The notes below the pieces were generated by a model. That model saw only the letters and a program-made list of their open reading frames with translations. It ran no database searches and was not told the DNA's origin. From Patescibacteria group bacterium (GTDB lineage: Bacteria; Patescibacteriota; Minisyncoccia; 2-02-FULL-40-12), in NCBI GenBank assembly GCA_038062015.1, contig JBBTXZ010000005.1, forward strand, positions 24,215 through 88,214: DNA of 64,000 nucleotides. Direction: 5' to 3'. Position numbers and translations under genes: made by a program. Shown one piece after another: positions 9,437 through 17,892 of the stretch (within the stretch, counting starts at the first letter, position 1; every line of letters begins with the position of its first letter).

Positions 9437-10482
9437 ACGGAGAACGCTCATTATTTGATATCTCAACCGCCGCTATTTTTAAATTCATAATAATCGTTTT
9501 GTTTTTTGTTTTGCTTTATCAGGTCCGGCAGGTCATTTTTATTCTTTTTTTTGCGATTATAATCGCTTCGGCGATGAATCCTTTTGGCCAGTGGCTTGAC
9601 CGCAAAAGGATTCCCCGCCTTCTGGGCATTTTGGTTTTATACCTGTCAATATTCCTTTTGGTGGTTTTCATTCTTACTTTGATTATTCCTTTTTTTTCAC
9701 AGGAAATCGGCCAGCTGACTGAAGACTTGCCGAGGTTTATCGCCCAAGTGACGGCTTCGCTTGAAGCTATTAAAAGCGAGTCAGGGACTTTTGATATCGT
9801 CAGTCAGCTTGTAGGAATTCTAGATAGTTTTTCCCAGTTTCTTCAGGAGTCAAGTCAATCTGCCGTTGGTTTGATTATAAACATTTTCGGAGGCATTATT
9901 TCGTTTTTCGGGGTGGTGATCATTTCATTTTATCTTTCGGTGATGAGAGGCGGAATTGACCAGTTTTTGAAGTCGGTTGTGCCGGATAAATACGAAAAAT
10001 ATATATTGGACTTATGGCACCGTTCTGAAAAAAATTTGGGCCGCTGGTTTCAGGTCCAGCTACTATTATCTTTGATCGTCGGCTTGATGACTTTTATCGG
10101 TCTGTCTTTGCTCGGCATAAAATTCGCTCTTGTCTTAGCTGGTTTGATTATGATTTTAGAATTAGTGCCTAATGTCGGTCCGGTCTTGGCCGCTATTCCG
10201 GCTGTGGGCTTAGCCTTTTTCCAGTCGCCTTCTTTGGGCTTCTGGACGATTGTTCTTTATATTGGAATCCAACAGATTGAAAATCAGGTTTTGACGCCGT
10301 TGATTATAGGCCGGACACTGGGTATTAATCCGGTGGTGGTGATTATTTCTTTGCTCGTCGGATTTAATTTAGCTGGGATTTTGGGGATGATTTTAGCGGT
10401 GCCGGTGGCCACTGTGATAGTGGAGTTGTTTAATGACATTGTTGAGAAAAAAGAAAAAGCCAGAGCCGCAGCTGGAGGCTAG
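9433..10482 (+). CDS. AI-2E family transporter (PerM/YhhT-like)
   Basis: Eight-TM pattern and conserved AI-2E family sequence character. Confidence 0.75.
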   Translation: MNGERSLFDISTAAIFKFIIIVLFFVLLYQVRQVIFILFFAIIIASAMNPFGQWLDRKRIPRLLGILVLYLSIFLLVVFILTLIIPFFSQEIGQLTEDLPRFIAQVTASLEAIKSESGTFDIVSQLVGILDSFSQFLQESSQSAVGLIINIFGGIISFFGVVIISFYLSVMRGGIDQFLKSVVPDKYEKYILDLWHRSEKNLGRWFQVQLLLSLIVGLMTFIGLSLLGIKFALVLAGLIMILELVPNVGPVLAAIPAVGLAFFQSPSLGFWTIVLYIGIQQIENQVLTPLIIGRTLGINPVVVIISLLVGFNLAGILGMILAVPVATVIVELFNDIVEKKEKARAAAGG

Positions 10483-10517
10483 AAGCTGGAGGCTGGAGGT
10501 TGGAAGCTGGAAATAGT

Positions 10518-11192
10518 ATGGCTATTCTTTATATTGTTGCCACGCCGATCGGCAATTTGAAAGATTTCACGACCCGTGCCATCGAAACCTTGAAAGAGGT
10601 TGATTTTATTTTAGCCGAAGATACTCGTGAAACCATTAAACTTTTAAACTTTTATACCATCAAGAAACCATTAATATCATACTTTCAGCATAGCCGACTT
10701 AGTAAGATTGAGTATATTTTGGATTTATTAAAACAGGGGAAAAGCCTGGCTTTGGTTTCTGATGCCGGCACGCCCGGAATAAATGATCCGGGCGGAAAAC
10801 TGGTTGCCGAGATTGTTAAAAGGTTTGGCGATTCCGTGAGAATAGTTCCTATCCCCGGGCCGAATGCGGCAATTACGGCATTAAGTATCTGTGGTTTAAA
10901 TGCTGACCGATTTATGTTTTTAGGCTATCTGCCTCATAAAAAGGGCCGACAAAAGTTTTTTACCGAAATCTTGAAATCACGATATCCCGTAATAATTTAT
11001 GAATCGCCCCATCGGATTTTAAAAACCCTGAATGAGCTAGACGGATTTGAAGAATTAAAAAACCGCGAAATTGTCGTCTGTCGCGAACTGACTAAAAAAT
11101 TCGAGACGATTTATCGCGGCACGATTTCCGAGGTTTTATTAAAAATTGAGAGAGGCATAGTAAAAGGGGAGTTTACTGTCGTTATAAAATGA
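10518..11192 (+). CDS. rsmI: 16S rRNA (cytidine1402-2'-O)-methyltransferase
   Basis: ILYIVATPIGNLKDFTTRAIETLKEVDFILAEDTR... tetrapyrrole-methylase fold typical of RsmI. ATG at 10518 preferred over the TTG at 10500. Confidence 0.85.
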   Translation: MAILYIVATPIGNLKDFTTRAIETLKEVDFILAEDTRETIKLLNFYTIKKPLISYFQHSRLSKIEYILDLLKQGKSLALVSDAGTPGINDPGGKLVAEIVKRFGDSVRIVPIPGPNAAITALSICGLNADRFMFLGYLPHKKGRQKFFTEILKSRYPVIIYESPHRILKTLNELDGFEELKNREIVVCRELTKKFETIYRGTISEVLLKIERGIVKGEFTVVIK

Positions 11193-11193
11193 T

Positions 11194-11229
11194 CCCTAAA
11201 TTTATGCTATAGCATAAATTTAGGGATAT
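11194..11229. promoter_or_regulatory. 36-bp perfect palindrome atccctaaatttatgctatagcataaatttagggat (terminator/operator) downstream of the PaaX-like gene
   Basis: Seen directly. A near-identical copy lies at 11800..11836 on the other side of the gene. Confidence 0.8.
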
Positions 11230-11783
11230 TATTCTAGATTGTATTTCTTTTTTAATTTAGTTTCACCGTCTATTTCGGTTATCTCGCCTAATTTTACAAA
11301 AGGTTTAACTTCAAAGAGTTTTAGTATAAACTCTACCTCGTTCTCTAATGGATAAGGATGAATCCAAACGCTTTTCTGGAACTGGTATAAGCCAAGCCCT
11401 TTTAGTTTTTCTCTTAATGCGTTAGCCCGACCTTTAAATTTATTAGGGATGTCAAACATAACAAAACGCCATTTGCCGTCCCATTTTTTCATTGGCCTGA
11501 TTTTTAATTTTTCAAGATCGTATCCAAGTATTTTCTTTTTTCCATTTTTGGATAATTCGACTTTCATACTGCCATCGGGATTTTCTTTTATAATGATAAG
11601 TTTTCGTTCTTTAAGAGCGTGGATTACTTTGCCGATTTTATTATTGTATTTTCTTTTGATGAATTTATTTTTATTTAAGGCACTGAAAATGTTTGGAGCC
11701 ATTGCTCCGGTGATAGTAATTAATCCAAGTAATCCAACTCCTATTAGTATTTTTTTGATCAGTTCTTTTCTATCCGGATTCAT
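11229..11783 (-). CDS. Membrane-anchored winged-helix + PaaX_C/Cas2-fold domain protein (putative autoregulator), paralog of 43635..44231
   Basis: N-terminal TM helix, a wHTH-like middle, and C-terminal WDGKWRFVMFDIP...RANALREKL..LG..QFQKSVW (Cas2/PaaX-C-like pattern). Bracketed by two near-identical palindromes. Confidence 0.5.
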   Translation of the reverse strand: MNPDRKELIKKILIGVGLLGLITITGAMAPNIFSALNKNKFIKRKYNNKIGKVIHALKERKLIIIKENPDGSMKVELSKNGKKKILGYDLEKLKIRPMKKWDGKWRFVMFDIPNKFKGRANALREKLKGLGLYQFQKSVWIHPYPLENEVEFILKLFEVKPFVKLGEITEIDGETKLKKKYNLE

Positions 11784-11799
11784 TGTTTGAATTATATCT

Positions 11800-11836
11800 C
11801 CATCCCTAAAATTATGCTATAGCATAATTTTAGGGA
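11800..11836. promoter_or_regulatory. Palindrome ccatccctaaaattatgctatagcataattttagggatgg upstream of the PaaX-like gene start (candidate operator)
   Basis: Seen directly, ~17 bp upstream of the start codon at 11783. Confidence 0.7.
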
Positions 11837-11942
11837 TGGAGAGGAACGGGGAATAATAATACGGGGAATAATAATTATGAGGATAATTATTTGATTATCA
11901 GCGACTTTATTTTTGAGTATATAGTTGATATGATTTTGTATT

Positions 11943-13439
11943 ATGGCCGGAAAATTTTCTATTACAACTGCGATACCGTATGTAAATGCCAAAGGGCATG
12001 TGGGTTTTGCCATGGAGTTGATTCAAGCTGATGTGCTTGCCCGATTTGAGCGGCTTAGAGGAAATAATGTTTTTTTCTTAACCGGAACAGATGAAAATGC
12101 TCTCAAAAATGTGCAGGCGGCGGAAAAAGCGAATAAACCAATTAGAGAATTTATCGATGAACACGCTAAAAGTTTCATTGAGCTTGCTAAATTGCTCAAT
12201 ATATCAAATGACGATTTTATAAGAACTACAGAAGGAAGGCACATAAAGGGGGCCCAGAAACTTTGGCGGGCCTGTGAAGCGGCCGGCGATATTTATAAGA
12301 AAAAATATAAAGGTTTGTATTGCGTCGGATGCGAGGAGTTTAAAACAGAAAAAGATTTAATAGACGGATTATGCCCCGAGCATAATACTAAACTCGAAGA
12401 AATCGAAGAAGAAAACTACTTTTTCAGATTGTCTAAGTATCAGGATAAAGTCGAGAAACTTATTTTTTCAGATGAGTTGCGAATTGTGCCGATAACCCGG
12501 AAGAACGAGGCCTTAAGTTTTATCCGTCAAGGATTGCAAGATTTCAGTATTTCTCGCAGCCGGGAACGAGCTAAAAATTGGGGGATTCCTGTTCCCGGGG
12601 ACGACAGTCAGATAATTTACGTGTGGTATGACGCGTTAACCTGGTTTATAAACGCTCTCGGGTATTCTGATAACGAAGAAAAGTTTAAATTGTGGTGGAG
12701 TGATCGCAACATAGATCTTATCGGCAAGGGGATAAATAGATTTCATACGATTTACTGGCCGGTGATGTTAATTTCCGCCGGTCTTCTTCCGCCCAAGGAA
12801 ATATATATTCACGGATACATAACCATTGGCGGCGAAAAAATATCCAAATCCCTCGGCAACACAATTGACCCAGTTGATTTAGTCGGAAAATACGGAGTAG
12901 AAATTGTTCGTTATTTTCTTTTGCGGGAAATTCCGTCAGACGGCGACGGTGATTTTTCTGTCAAAAAATTAGAGGCCCGCCACAATGCGGATTTAGCTAA
13001 TAATTTAGGGAATTTGGTTTCGCGGGTTGTCGCTTTGATAGAAAAGTTTTTCAGCGGCAGTTTTAACTACTCCCGAAGATTTGTTTTAAAAGAAGTTGAC
13101 GATAAAGTGATTGATATATGGAAAAAGTACAATGAAAACATAAATAATTTTAAGCTCCACATTGCTTTAGAAAATATTTTTTCTTTGGTTGATTTCGCTA
13201 ATTTATATATTGATGAGCATAAACCCTGGTCTTTGGGCGATAATCCGGAGCATCTGAATGAAGTTATGACAAATCTGATTGTGATTTTACTTAATGTGGC
13301 TTGGTTTTTAAAGCCGTTTCTGCCTGAAACTTCAAACAGGATTTTCGGTATTTTAGGCGCGGATAAAGATGGTAAATCGTGGGAAGAAAAACCGTTTCAG
13401 GTCAAACCGGAAATTTTATTTCCGAAAATAGAGCAATGA
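11943..13439 (+). CDS. metG: Methionyl-tRNA synthetase (short form, no C-terminal tRNA-binding domain)
   Basis: N-terminal ITTAIPYVNAKGHVG region, zinc knuckle CVGCEEF...CPEH, and KISKS (KMSKS) motif. Confidence 0.9.
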   Translation: MAGKFSITTAIPYVNAKGHVGFAMELIQADVLARFERLRGNNVFFLTGTDENALKNVQAAEKANKPIREFIDEHAKSFIELAKLLNISNDDFIRTTEGRHIKGAQKLWRACEAAGDIYKKKYKGLYCVGCEEFKTEKDLIDGLCPEHNTKLEEIEEENYFFRLSKYQDKVEKLIFSDELRIVPITRKNEALSFIRQGLQDFSISRSRERAKNWGIPVPGDDSQIIYVWYDALTWFINALGYSDNEEKFKLWWSDRNIDLIGKGINRFHTIYWPVMLISAGLLPPKEIYIHGYITIGGEKISKSLGNTIDPVDLVGKYGVEIVRYFLLREIPSDGDGDFSVKKLEARHNADLANNLGNLVSRVVALIEKFFSGSFNYSRRFVLKEVDDKVIDIWKKYNENINNFKLHIALENIFSLVDFANLYIDEHKPWSLGDNPEHLNEVMTNLIVILLNVAWFLKPFLPETSNRIFGILGADKDGKSWEEKPFQVKPEILFPKIEQ

Positions 13440-13565
13440 AATATAATCCTCAAAAAATTGAGAAGAAGTGGTCCCGATTTTGTCTCCGACAAAGTCGGAG
13501 CTATAAAATCGAGGATCCTCGATTTGTTGATTGTGCTTCGCGCAAAACAAATCGGGACAGAAATT
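13437..13565 (+). other. ~130-bp insertion at the metG/leuS junction: duplicated leuS 5' end plus a nested-hairpin structured element
   Basis: atgaaatataatcctcaaaaaattgagaagaagtgg at 13436 duplicates the true leuS start atgaaatataatccaaacaaaatagaacgaaaatgg at 13566. Between them: long-range stem gtcccgattt/aaatcgggac enclosing the hairpin ctccgac-aaa-gtcggag and the 20-bp palindrome aaatcgaggatcctcgattt. Confidence 0.7.
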
Positions 13566-15986
13566 ATGAAATATAATCCAAACAAAATAGAACGAAAATG
13601 GCAACGTTACTGGGAGAATAAAAAACTTTATCAAACTAAAGATAAAGTCAAAGGCAAGAAAAATTTTTATCATTTGGTGATGTTTCCTTATACTTCAGGC
13701 GATCTTCATATGGGACATTGGTATAATTATGCGCCATCAGACGTATATGCCCGTTTCAAGCGGATGCAGGGATTAAATGTAATGGCGCCGATCGGTTTTG
13801 ACGCTTTCGGGCTTCCGGCTGAAAATGCGGCCATCCAAAGAAATATCAATCCGGCTGATTGGACCAGACAAAATATCTCGTATATGACCAAGCAATTAAA
13901 AAGCATGGGCGCAATTTTTGACTGGTCGAGAAAAGTAGAAACAATTGACCCCGAATACTATAAATGGACCCAGTGGATATTTTTGAAGTTTTATGAAAAG
14001 GGTTTGGCTTATCGAGCTAAAACAAAAGTAAATTGGTGTCCTAAGGATAAAACTGTTTTGGCTAACGAGCAGGTCGTGGATAATTGCTGCGAAAGGTGTG
14101 GGACTCAGGTGGTTCAGAAAGAATTAGTTCAGTGGATGTTTAAAATCACAAAATATGCCGATCAGCTTATTGATGATTTGGAAAAACTTGATTGGCCTGA
14201 AATAACTAAAACCGCCCAGAAGAATTGGATAGGAAGATCGCAGGGAGCAGTTATAAAATTTCAAGTTGAAAATTCAAAGAATTATGTAGATGTTTTTACG
14301 ACTAGGCCTGATACTATTTTCGGCGCTACTTTTATGGTTTTAGCGCCGGAGCATGAATTGGTTAAGAAAATTACTAAAGATCAATTTTTAGGCCAAGTAA
14401 ATAATTATCTTGAGAATGCAAAAAAGAAAACAGAGCTTGAAAGATTGGCTGAAGTAAAAGAAAAGACAGGGGTTTTTACTGGTGCTTATGCTTTCAATCC
14501 GGCAACCAAAGAGAAAATTCCGATTTGGATTTCTGATTTTGTTTTGCCTCATTACGGTACTGGCGCGATTATGGCTGTTCCGGCCCATGATGAAAGGGAT
14601 TTTGAGTTTGCAAAGAAGTTTAATTTATCCATTAGGGAAGTTATTGGCGGCGGCGATATTTTAAAAGAAGCGTACGAAGGCGAAGGTAAATTGATTAATT
14701 CGGGGAAGTTTTCCGGAATGGATTCTGAAAAAGCCAAGTGGGAAATTACAGAATTTGTCGGCGGAAAGAAAATGATTTCTTATCGGCTGCACGACTGGAT
14801 AATTTCTCGTCAGCGGTATTGGGGGGCGCCGATCCCAATGGTTTATTGCCAGAAATGTGATTGGCAGCCAGTTTCAGAAAAAGATTTGCCGGTTTTACTG
14901 CCTAAAATAAGAGATTACAAACCCCCTGGAACTGGAGAGCCGCCTTTAGTTAAAGCTAAAGATTGGCTCAATGTAAAATGTCCAAGATGTTTCGGTCAAG
15001 CTCGGCGTGAGACGGATACCATGGATGCTTTCGTTGATTCGGCTTGGTATTTTCTGCGATATAGCGATCCAAAAAACAAAAAACAATTTGCTTCAAAAGA
15101 CAAATTGGAGTCTTGGCTTCCGGTAGATATGTATATCGGCGGCCAGGAGCACGCCACTAAACACCTGCTTTATGCCAGATTTATAACCAAAGTTTTGAAT
15201 GACTCTGGTTATTTGAGTTTTGACGAGCCGTTTAAGACTATGAGGCATCAAGGTCTGATTTTGGGCCTTGACGGGAATAAAATGTCTAAATCAAGAGGCA
15301 ATATAGTTGATCCCGATGAAATGGTTAAGAAATTTGGTTCAGATTCTGTTCGAATGTATCTTTGTTTTATGGGGCCTTATGAAAACGGCGGACCTTGGGA
15401 TCCGAAAGCGATTGTTGGAGTATTCAGATTCCTAAACCGAGTTTGGAATCTGATAAAACCCAAATTCCAAAATCCAAATGACAAATCAATTCCAAATTCC
15501 AAAATCCAAAACAAAGAATTAGATAAAGTTTTCAATAAAGCGATTAAAAAAGTTGGCGAAGATATAGAAAACTTAAGATTTAACACAGCGGTGAGCGAAT
15601 TGATGAAGTTACTTAACGAAATAGAAGATTTTATTAATAAAGGTTTTACGTTTCAAGTTTCAAGCTTCAAGGTCTTTTTGAAATTGCTGGCGCCATTCGC
15701 GCCGCATTTAGCTGAAGAGCTTTGGCATCAGATTGGGAACAAAAAATCAATCCATTTAGAAAAGTGGCCGGAGTATAACCCGAAACTTATTGAAGATGAG
15801 ACAGTTGATTTGGTGATTCAAGTTAATGGCCGGACTCGGGATGTAATCAAAGCCCCGCATGATTTAACCGAGCCGCAAGCCCGCGAATTGGCTCTAGCTT
15901 CGGAAAAAATCAAAAAATACGTTTCCGGAAAAGAAATCAAAAAATTTATTTACATCCCCAACAAAATCGCTAATATAGTAATTTAA
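13566..15986 (+). CDS. leuS: Leucyl-tRNA synthetase
   Basis: HMGH (HIGH) motif and KMSKS. Start placed at MKYNPNKIERKWQ (the track ORF begins upstream inside the insertion). Carries an in-frame 'ccaaaatccaaa' repeat at ~15459..15511. Confidence 0.9.
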   Translation: MKYNPNKIERKWQRYWENKKLYQTKDKVKGKKNFYHLVMFPYTSGDLHMGHWYNYAPSDVYARFKRMQGLNVMAPIGFDAFGLPAENAAIQRNINPADWTRQNISYMTKQLKSMGAIFDWSRKVETIDPEYYKWTQWIFLKFYEKGLAYRAKTKVNWCPKDKTVLANEQVVDNCCERCGTQVVQKELVQWMFKITKYADQLIDDLEKLDWPEITKTAQKNWIGRSQGAVIKFQVENSKNYVDVFTTRPDTIFGATFMVLAPEHELVKKITKDQFLGQVNNYLENAKKKTELERLAEVKEKTGVFTGAYAFNPATKEKIPIWISDFVLPHYGTGAIMAVPAHDERDFEFAKKFNLSIREVIGGGDILKEAYEGEGKLINSGKFSGMDSEKAKWEITEFVGGKKMISYRLHDWIISRQRYWGAPIPMVYCQKCDWQPVSEKDLPVLLPKIRDYKPPGTGEPPLVKAKDWLNVKCPRCFGQARRETDTMDAFVDSAWYFLRYSDPKNKKQFASKDKLESWLPVDMYIGGQEHATKHLLYARFITKVLNDSGYLSFDEPFKTMRHQGLILGLDGNKMSKSRGNIVDPDEMVKKFGSDSVRMYLCFMGPYENGGPWDPKAIVGVFRFLNRVWNLIKPKFQNPNDKSIPNSKIQNKELDKVFNKAIKKVGEDIENLRFNTAVSELMKLLNEIEDFINKGFTFQVSSFKVFLKLLAPFAPHLAEELWHQIGNKKSIHLEKWPEYNPKLIEDETVDLVIQVNGRTRDVIKAPHDLTEPQARELALASEKIKKYVSGKEIKKFIYIPNKIANIVI

Positions 15987-15988
15987 CA

Positions 15989-16627
15989 ATGAAAACAATC
16001 AAAGTTGACTTAAAAGGCGATTTTTCCGAGGCAATCCGGGAGGCGGTTGCGGTTTTAAAACTGGGCGGAACAATAATTTATCCAACCGATACCTTATACG
16101 CCCTTGGAGCGAATGCTCTTGAACTTGGTCCAGTTGAGCGGGTTTTTAAGATAAAAGACAGGGCCAGAGAAAAACCGTTGCCTCTCGCTGTCAGAAATGT
16201 ACAGTGGGCAAAAGAACTCTCCTTTATTTATAAAAAGGAAGAAAAAATTTTAAATTCGGTTTGGCCGGGAGCAGTGACCGTCGTTCTTCCTAAAAGAAAT
16301 ATAGTGTCTAGTATTGTAACGGCTGGCCAGCCAAGCGTGGCTCTGCGGGTGCCAAACTATCCTTTCGTGGACAGACTATTGGGCCATTTCGGTTACCCTT
16401 TGACTGCAACTTCAGCTAACATTTCCGGTGAGGAGGCTTCCAGAAAGATTTCAGAAGTGATTGATCTGTTCAAAGAAAATTACTATAAACCTGATTTAGT
16501 AATTGATGCCGGAGATTTACCTGAATCAGAGCCGTCAACGATTTTGGATTTGACTACGGACAGGCCGAAAATTTTGAGGGTTGGTCCAGTGAAGCCCGAG
16601 ACCTTAAGAAAATTATTGGAAGTATGA
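15989..16627 (+). CDS. tsaC: L-threonylcarbamoyladenylate synthase (YrdC/Sua5 family)
   Basis: YPTDTLYALGANAL... and KIKDRAREKPLPLAV, typical YrdC motifs. Confidence 0.8.
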   Translation: MKTIKVDLKGDFSEAIREAVAVLKLGGTIIYPTDTLYALGANALELGPVERVFKIKDRAREKPLPLAVRNVQWAKELSFIYKKEEKILNSVWPGAVTVVLPKRNIVSSIVTAGQPSVALRVPNYPFVDRLLGHFGYPLTATSANISGEEASRKISEVIDLFKENYYKPDLVIDAGDLPESEPSTILDLTTDRPKILRVGPVKPETLRKLLEV

Positions 16628-17790
16628 TTAAAGATTTAATTAAAAAAGAACTTACCCGCCAGAAAAAAGTGATCAATCTGATTCCCTCCGAAAACTATCC
16701 CTCCAAAAATGTTTCGGCGGCTTTAGGAAGCCAATTGACTTCAAAATATTCTGAAGGGTATCCGGGCAAAAGATATTATGCCGGGAATAAAGTAATGGAT
16801 GAAATTGAGTTGGAAGCGCAGAATTTAGCCCGTAAGGTTTTTGGCTTGTCAAAAAACTGGCATGTTAATGCCCAGCCGTATTCCGGCTCGCCGGCCAATA
16901 TGGCGGTTTATTACGCTTTGCTTGAACCGGGCGAAAAAATCATGGGAATGAGCCTGCCTTTTGGCGGCCATCTTACCCATGGCTGGAAAGTGAATTTTTC
17001 GGCGCGTTTCTATAAAGCCGTGCAGTATCAGGTGGGCAAAGATGGATTTCTTGATTATTCTGCGATTAGAAGGCTTGCCCTTAAAGAAAAGCCTAAAATC
17101 ATAGTGGCCGGCGCCACCGCTTATCCAAGAAAATTTGATTTTCAGAAATTTGGCACAATCGCCCGCGAGGCCGGCGCATATTTTCTTGCAGATATTTCAC
17201 ATGAGGCCGGGCTTATTGCGGCCAAGTTGCACCCCTCGCCGTTTCCGCATGCGGATATAGTGACTACTACAACCCATAAAACGCTTCGCGGCCCGCGAGC
17301 CGCAGTTATTTTTGCAAACCTAAAATCGGTGTTAGCGAAACGAAACGGCGTTGAAATGGCTAAAGCAATTGACCGGGCAGTGTTCCCGGGGCTTCAAGGT
17401 GGGCCTCATATGAATACAATCGCGGCAATGGGGATTGCTTTTGAGGAAGCATTGAAGCCGGATTTCAAAAATTACATCAAACAAGTGGTTAAAAACGCGA
17501 AAGTTTTAGCCAATGAATTAAAAAAGTACGGCTTCAATTTAGTTTCCGGCGGAACCGACAATCATCTTATTCTGGTTGATTTGAAAAACAAGAACATCTC
17601 GGGCCGCGAAGCCCAAGACCGTCTTGAGAAATCAGGCATTATCGTCAATCGAAATACCGTGCCAGGCGATGAATCGCCGTTTAATCCAAGCGGTCTTCGC
17701 CTCGGCACCCCGGCTGAAACCACTCGCGGAGCTAAAGAAAAAGATATGGTAAAAATCGCTCAAAAAATCGCCGAGATTTTGAAAAATTGA
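16624..17790 (+). CDS. glyA: Serine hydroxymethyltransferase
   Basis: SENYPS..., the TTTTHKTLRGPR PLP-lysine region, and overall SHMT pattern. Confidence 0.92.
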   Translation: MIKDLIKKELTRQKKVINLIPSENYPSKNVSAALGSQLTSKYSEGYPGKRYYAGNKVMDEIELEAQNLARKVFGLSKNWHVNAQPYSGSPANMAVYYALLEPGEKIMGMSLPFGGHLTHGWKVNFSARFYKAVQYQVGKDGFLDYSAIRRLALKEKPKIIVAGATAYPRKFDFQKFGTIAREAGAYFLADISHEAGLIAAKLHPSPFPHADIVTTTTHKTLRGPRAAVIFANLKSVLAKRNGVEMAKAIDRAVFPGLQGGPHMNTIAAMGIAFEEALKPDFKNYIKQVVKNAKVLANELKKYGFNLVSGGTDNHLILVDLKNKNISGREAQDRLEKSGIIVNRNTVPGDESPFNPSGLRLGTPAETTRGAKEKDMVKIAQKIAEILKN

Positions 17791-17826
17791 CATTTTAGTA
17801 ATTTCCTGTATAGTTTAATATACCAA

Positions 17827-17850
17827 GAAAGTCCTGAAATAGGGACTTTC
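17827..17850. terminator. Hairpin gaaagtcctgaaatagggactttc after glyA
   Basis: Inverted repeat seen directly. Confidence 0.5.
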
Positions 17851-17892
17851 CAGAGAGCAATTCCGCTTTTTGAAAACATAGGAGAACTGACC

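Noticed and set aside
11449-11790. 113-aa + strand ORF
   Set aside because: Antisense overlap with the PaaX/Cas2-like gene. Low-complexity hydrophobic translation with no support.
13440-13565. T-box riboswitch upstream of leuS
   Set aside because: Too short (~90 nt structured) and lacks the T-box consensus (AATTAGGGTGGNACCGCG) and specifier-loop architecture.
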